Positions 61,593 to 64,000 of a stretch of 64,000 nt of DNA are shown piece after piece; position 1 is the first letter of the stretch, and each line of letters starts with the position of its first letter. A program made the translations under genes and the position numbers. The stretch comes from an uncultured Gammaproteobacteria bacterium (GTDB lineage: Bacteria > Pseudomonadota > Gammaproteobacteria > DRLM01). The notes below the pieces were generated by a model, which saw only the letters and a list, made by a program, of their open reading frames with translations, was not told the origin of the DNA and did no database searches. The stretch lies in contig CAVSNY010000007.1 of NCBI GenBank assembly GCA_963729605.1, positions 576,001 through 640,000 on the forward strand, given 5' to 3'.

Positions 61593-62450
61593 ATGAAGCT
61601 AATCGTGGTCAGCGGCCTGTCCGGTTCGGGAAAAACCATCGCCTTGCAGGCGCTGGAAGACATGGGCATTTATTGCATCGATAATCTGCCCTTCAAATTG
61701 CTTCCGTCGCTGGCCACGCATATGCAAAACGCGGTACGTCTCCAGGAAAAGGACGCCGCGGTGGGCATCGACGCCCGCAATCTCGCCGACGACTTCGAGT
61801 CGTTTCCGGAGATCCTCGCCCAGGTGCGGGCGCAAGGCATCAAGTGCGAGATCATTTTCCTTACCGCCGATGACAATACTTTACTGAAACGATTCAGCGA
61901 GACCCGCCGCAAACATCCCTTGAGCAGCGCCAGCGTGCCGCTCAACGAAGCCATCAAGGCCGAGCGCGCCCTGCTGGCACCGGTGGCGTCGGATACCGAC
62001 TGGCATCTCGACACCAGCCATACCACCGTCCATCAATTGCGCGCCCTGGTCCGCGAGCGGCTGGGCCACAGCAACGAAAATCGGCTGTCCCTGCTGTTTC
62101 TCTCCTTCGGTTACAAACACGGCCTGCCGCCCGACGCCGATTTCGTGTTCGACGCCCGCTGCCTGCCCAACCCGTATTGGGAGCCGCGGCTGCGGCCGTA
62201 TACCGGCCGCGACCCCGAGGTCGTGACGTTTCTCGAGCAGCAGCCGGCGGTGATCCGCATGTACGACGGCATCCGCGCCTATCTCGAGGAATGGATCCCC
62301 GGCTTCGAGGCGGAAAACCGCAGCTATATGACCGTGGCGGTGGGGTGCACCGGCGGCTATCACCGTTCCGTGTATCTGGTGGAGCGTCTCGCCCGGCATT
62401 TTTCCGAACAGCGCGGGCCGGTGCTGGCCCGCCACCGGGAGTTGCCGTGA
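61593..62450 (+). CDS. rapZ: RNase adapter RapZ
   Basis: SGLSGSGK, SETRRKHPL, SFGYKHG, GCTGG.HRSV. Confidence 0.96.
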   Translation: MKLIVVSGLSGSGKTIALQALEDMGIYCIDNLPFKLLPSLATHMQNAVRLQEKDAAVGIDARNLADDFESFPEILAQVRAQGIKCEIIFLTADDNTLLKRFSETRRKHPLSSASVPLNEAIKAERALLAPVASDTDWHLDTSHTTVHQLRALVRERLGHSNENRLSLLFLSFGYKHGLPPDADFVFDARCLPNPYWEPRLRPYTGRDPEVVTFLEQQPAVIRMYDGIRAYLEEWIPGFEAENRSYMTVAVGCTGGYHRSVYLVERLARHFSEQRGPVLARHRELP

Positions 62451-62842
62451 TGGTGGGGTTGCTCATCATCACGCATAATCAAATCGGTACGGCGTTGATG
62501 GAGACCGCGTCCCACACCCTCGGCATGTGCCCCCTGATGGCCGAGGTGCTGCCGGTGCTGGCCGATTGCGAACCCGAGGCCATGGTGCACAAGGCCCGTA
62601 AATTGGCCGTCAAACTCAACAAGGGCGACGGCGTATTGGTGTTGACCGATATGTACGGTTCGACGCCCAGCAATATCGCCGGGCGTTTGGCGGACGATCG
62701 CGGTACCATGGTGGTGTGCGGCGTGAATCTGCCCATGCTGATCCGGGTCATGAATTATCCCAGTCTCAGTCTGGCGGAGCTGGCCGCCAAGGCGGAAAGC
62801 GGCGGCCGCGACGGCATTTTTCCGTACGTACCTCAAATGTGA
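62450..62842 (+). CDS. PTS mannose/fructose-type EIIA
   Basis: GLLIITH, VLVLTDMYGSTPSN, GVNLPML. Confidence 0.92.
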   Translation: MVGLLIITHNQIGTALMETASHTLGMCPLMAEVLPVLADCEPEAMVHKARKLAVKLNKGDGVLVLTDMYGSTPSNIAGRLADDRGTMVVCGVNLPMLIRVMNYPSLSLAELAAKAESGGRDGIFPYVPQM

Positions 62843-62862
62843 TGCTAGCGTAAAGGCCAAGG

Positions 62863-63132
62863 GTGGAGCATAAACGGATCACCATCGTCAACAAGCTCGG
62901 TTTGCACGCCCGCGCGGCGGCCAAGTTCGTCACCCTGGCCTCGCGTTTTAAAAGCGATGTCCGGCTGGTGCGCGGGGAAAAGGCCGTCAGCGGCAAGAGC
63001 ATCATGGGCGTGATGATGCTGGCCGCGGCCAAGGGCACCGAACTGGAACTGATCATCGAAGGCGCCGACGCGGCGCAGGCCTTGCTCGAACTGGAACGCC
63101 TGGTCAACGAGCGTTTCGGCGAAACCGAATAG
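62863..63132 (+). CDS. ptsH: HPr/NPr phosphocarrier
   Basis: NKLGLHARAA, KSIMGVMMLAA. Confidence 0.93.
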   Translation: MEHKRITIVNKLGLHARAAAKFVTLASRFKSDVRLVRGEKAVSGKSIMGVMMLAAAKGTELELIIEGADAAQALLELERLVNERFGETE

Positions 63133-63195
63133 AGCAATCTACGGCCGCCCCAACCGGGGCGGTCGGGCGGTGAGTGCGGAGGAGGCGTTGTCGAT

Positions 63196-64000
63196 ATGAC
63201 GCTGGCCTTGAATGGCGTCGGTGCCGGCAAGGGTGTGGCCATCGGCAGGGCCCGCCTTCTGCGTCGCGGTTATTTCGACATCAGCCATTACAGCGTCCCC
63301 GCGCATTTTCTCGCCGACGAGGTCGCCCGCTACCGCGCCGCCATCGCCGCCGTCAAGCGCCGCCTGGAGAGTACCCGCCGGCAAATCCCCAACGACACCC
63401 CGCTCGACATTTTCGCCCTGGTCGACGTGCATCTGATGATGACGGACGACAGCGCCTTCGCGCACGACCCGGTCCGTCTCATCGAACAGCATCGCTGCAA
63501 CGCCGAATGGGCCTTGCAGATGCAGCGGGAAATCCTGGTGCAGGCCTTTCACGCCATGGAGGATCCCTATCTGCGCGCCCGCGCCGACGACGTGGAACAC
63601 GTGGTCCGCCGCATTCTGTACGAGCTGGTGAATGACCGGCCGGAAACCGGCCAGACCGGCGACCAGCTGCGCGACGGCATCGTGCTGGCCGAAGACCTGG
63701 CGCCCGCCGACGCCGTGTTGCTGCAGCAGCACGGCGTATACGCGCTGATTACCGAGGCCGGCGGCGTCACCTCCCACACCGCCATCCTCGCCCGCAGCCT
63801 GGGTGTGCCTACCATCGTCGGGCTGCGCCATGCCCTGCATTATGTGCGTCACGACGACCTGCTCATCGTCGACGGCGAGCAAGGCCTGCTGGTGGTGGAT
63901 CCCGATGGCCGCACCTTGCGCCATTATCAACGCCGCCAGCAACAGGAGCGCCGTGCCCGCGCGGTGTTGGCCAAACTCACCGGCAAACCGGCGGTGACCC
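63196..64000 (+). CDS. ptsI: PEP-protein phosphotransferase (enzyme I), 5' part
   Basis: Manual translation: MTLALNGVGAGKGVAIG..MEDPYLRARADD..GGVTSHTAILARSLG. Confidence 0.92.
   Translation, partial: MTLALNGVGAGKGVAIGRARLLRRGYFDISHYSVPAHFLADEVARYRAAIAAVKRRLESTRRQIPNDTPLDIFALVDVHLMMTDDSAFAHDPVRLIEQHRCNAEWALQMQREILVQAFHAMEDPYLRARADDVEHVVRRILYELVNDRPETGQTGDQLRDGIVLAEDLAPADAVLLQQHGVYALITEAGGVTSHTAILARSLGVPTIVGLRHALHYVRHDDLLIVDGEQGLLVVDPDGRTLRHYQRRQQQERRARAVLAKLTGKPAVT

Overview
High-GC gammaproteobacterial chromosomal segment. The core backbone is hemW, rdgB-rph-yicC, gmk-rpoZ-spoT-ridA-recG, ubiCA, and kdsD-kdsC-lptCAB-rpoN-hpf-ptsN-hprK-rapZ-PTS. Three accessory regions interrupt it. (1) About 12 kb between hemW and rdgB holds a PEP-CTERM gene, a delta-60/PKD surface protein and an integrase-less integron-like array, in which a unit of 'rdgB 3' end + ~215 bp attI-like spacer' occurs three times, each followed by different attC cassettes, with GTAG-type REP pairs at the breakpoints. 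(2) About 14 kb between yicC and gmk is a mosaic of foreign fragments. It carries a candidate pore-forming protein + caspase-like (His-Gly/Ala-Cys) protease pair, an AbiE TA pair, an apparently complete HEPN + wHTH + msr-msd + RT retron (type IX-like) and a decayed type I R-M locus with three hsdM starts. (3) A type III-A CRISPR-Cas locus has 27 identical 37-bp repeats, Cam1-like, Card1/Can2, Csx16 and NE0113-family CARF accessory genes, a cas2-cas1-cas1-like-cas2 adaptation module and an inserted PIN TA pair. Frameshifts in normally essential genes (spoT, kdsD) suggest sequencing or assembly indels, so all pseudogene calls are tentative. All family assignments come from motif recognition by eye; no database search was run.
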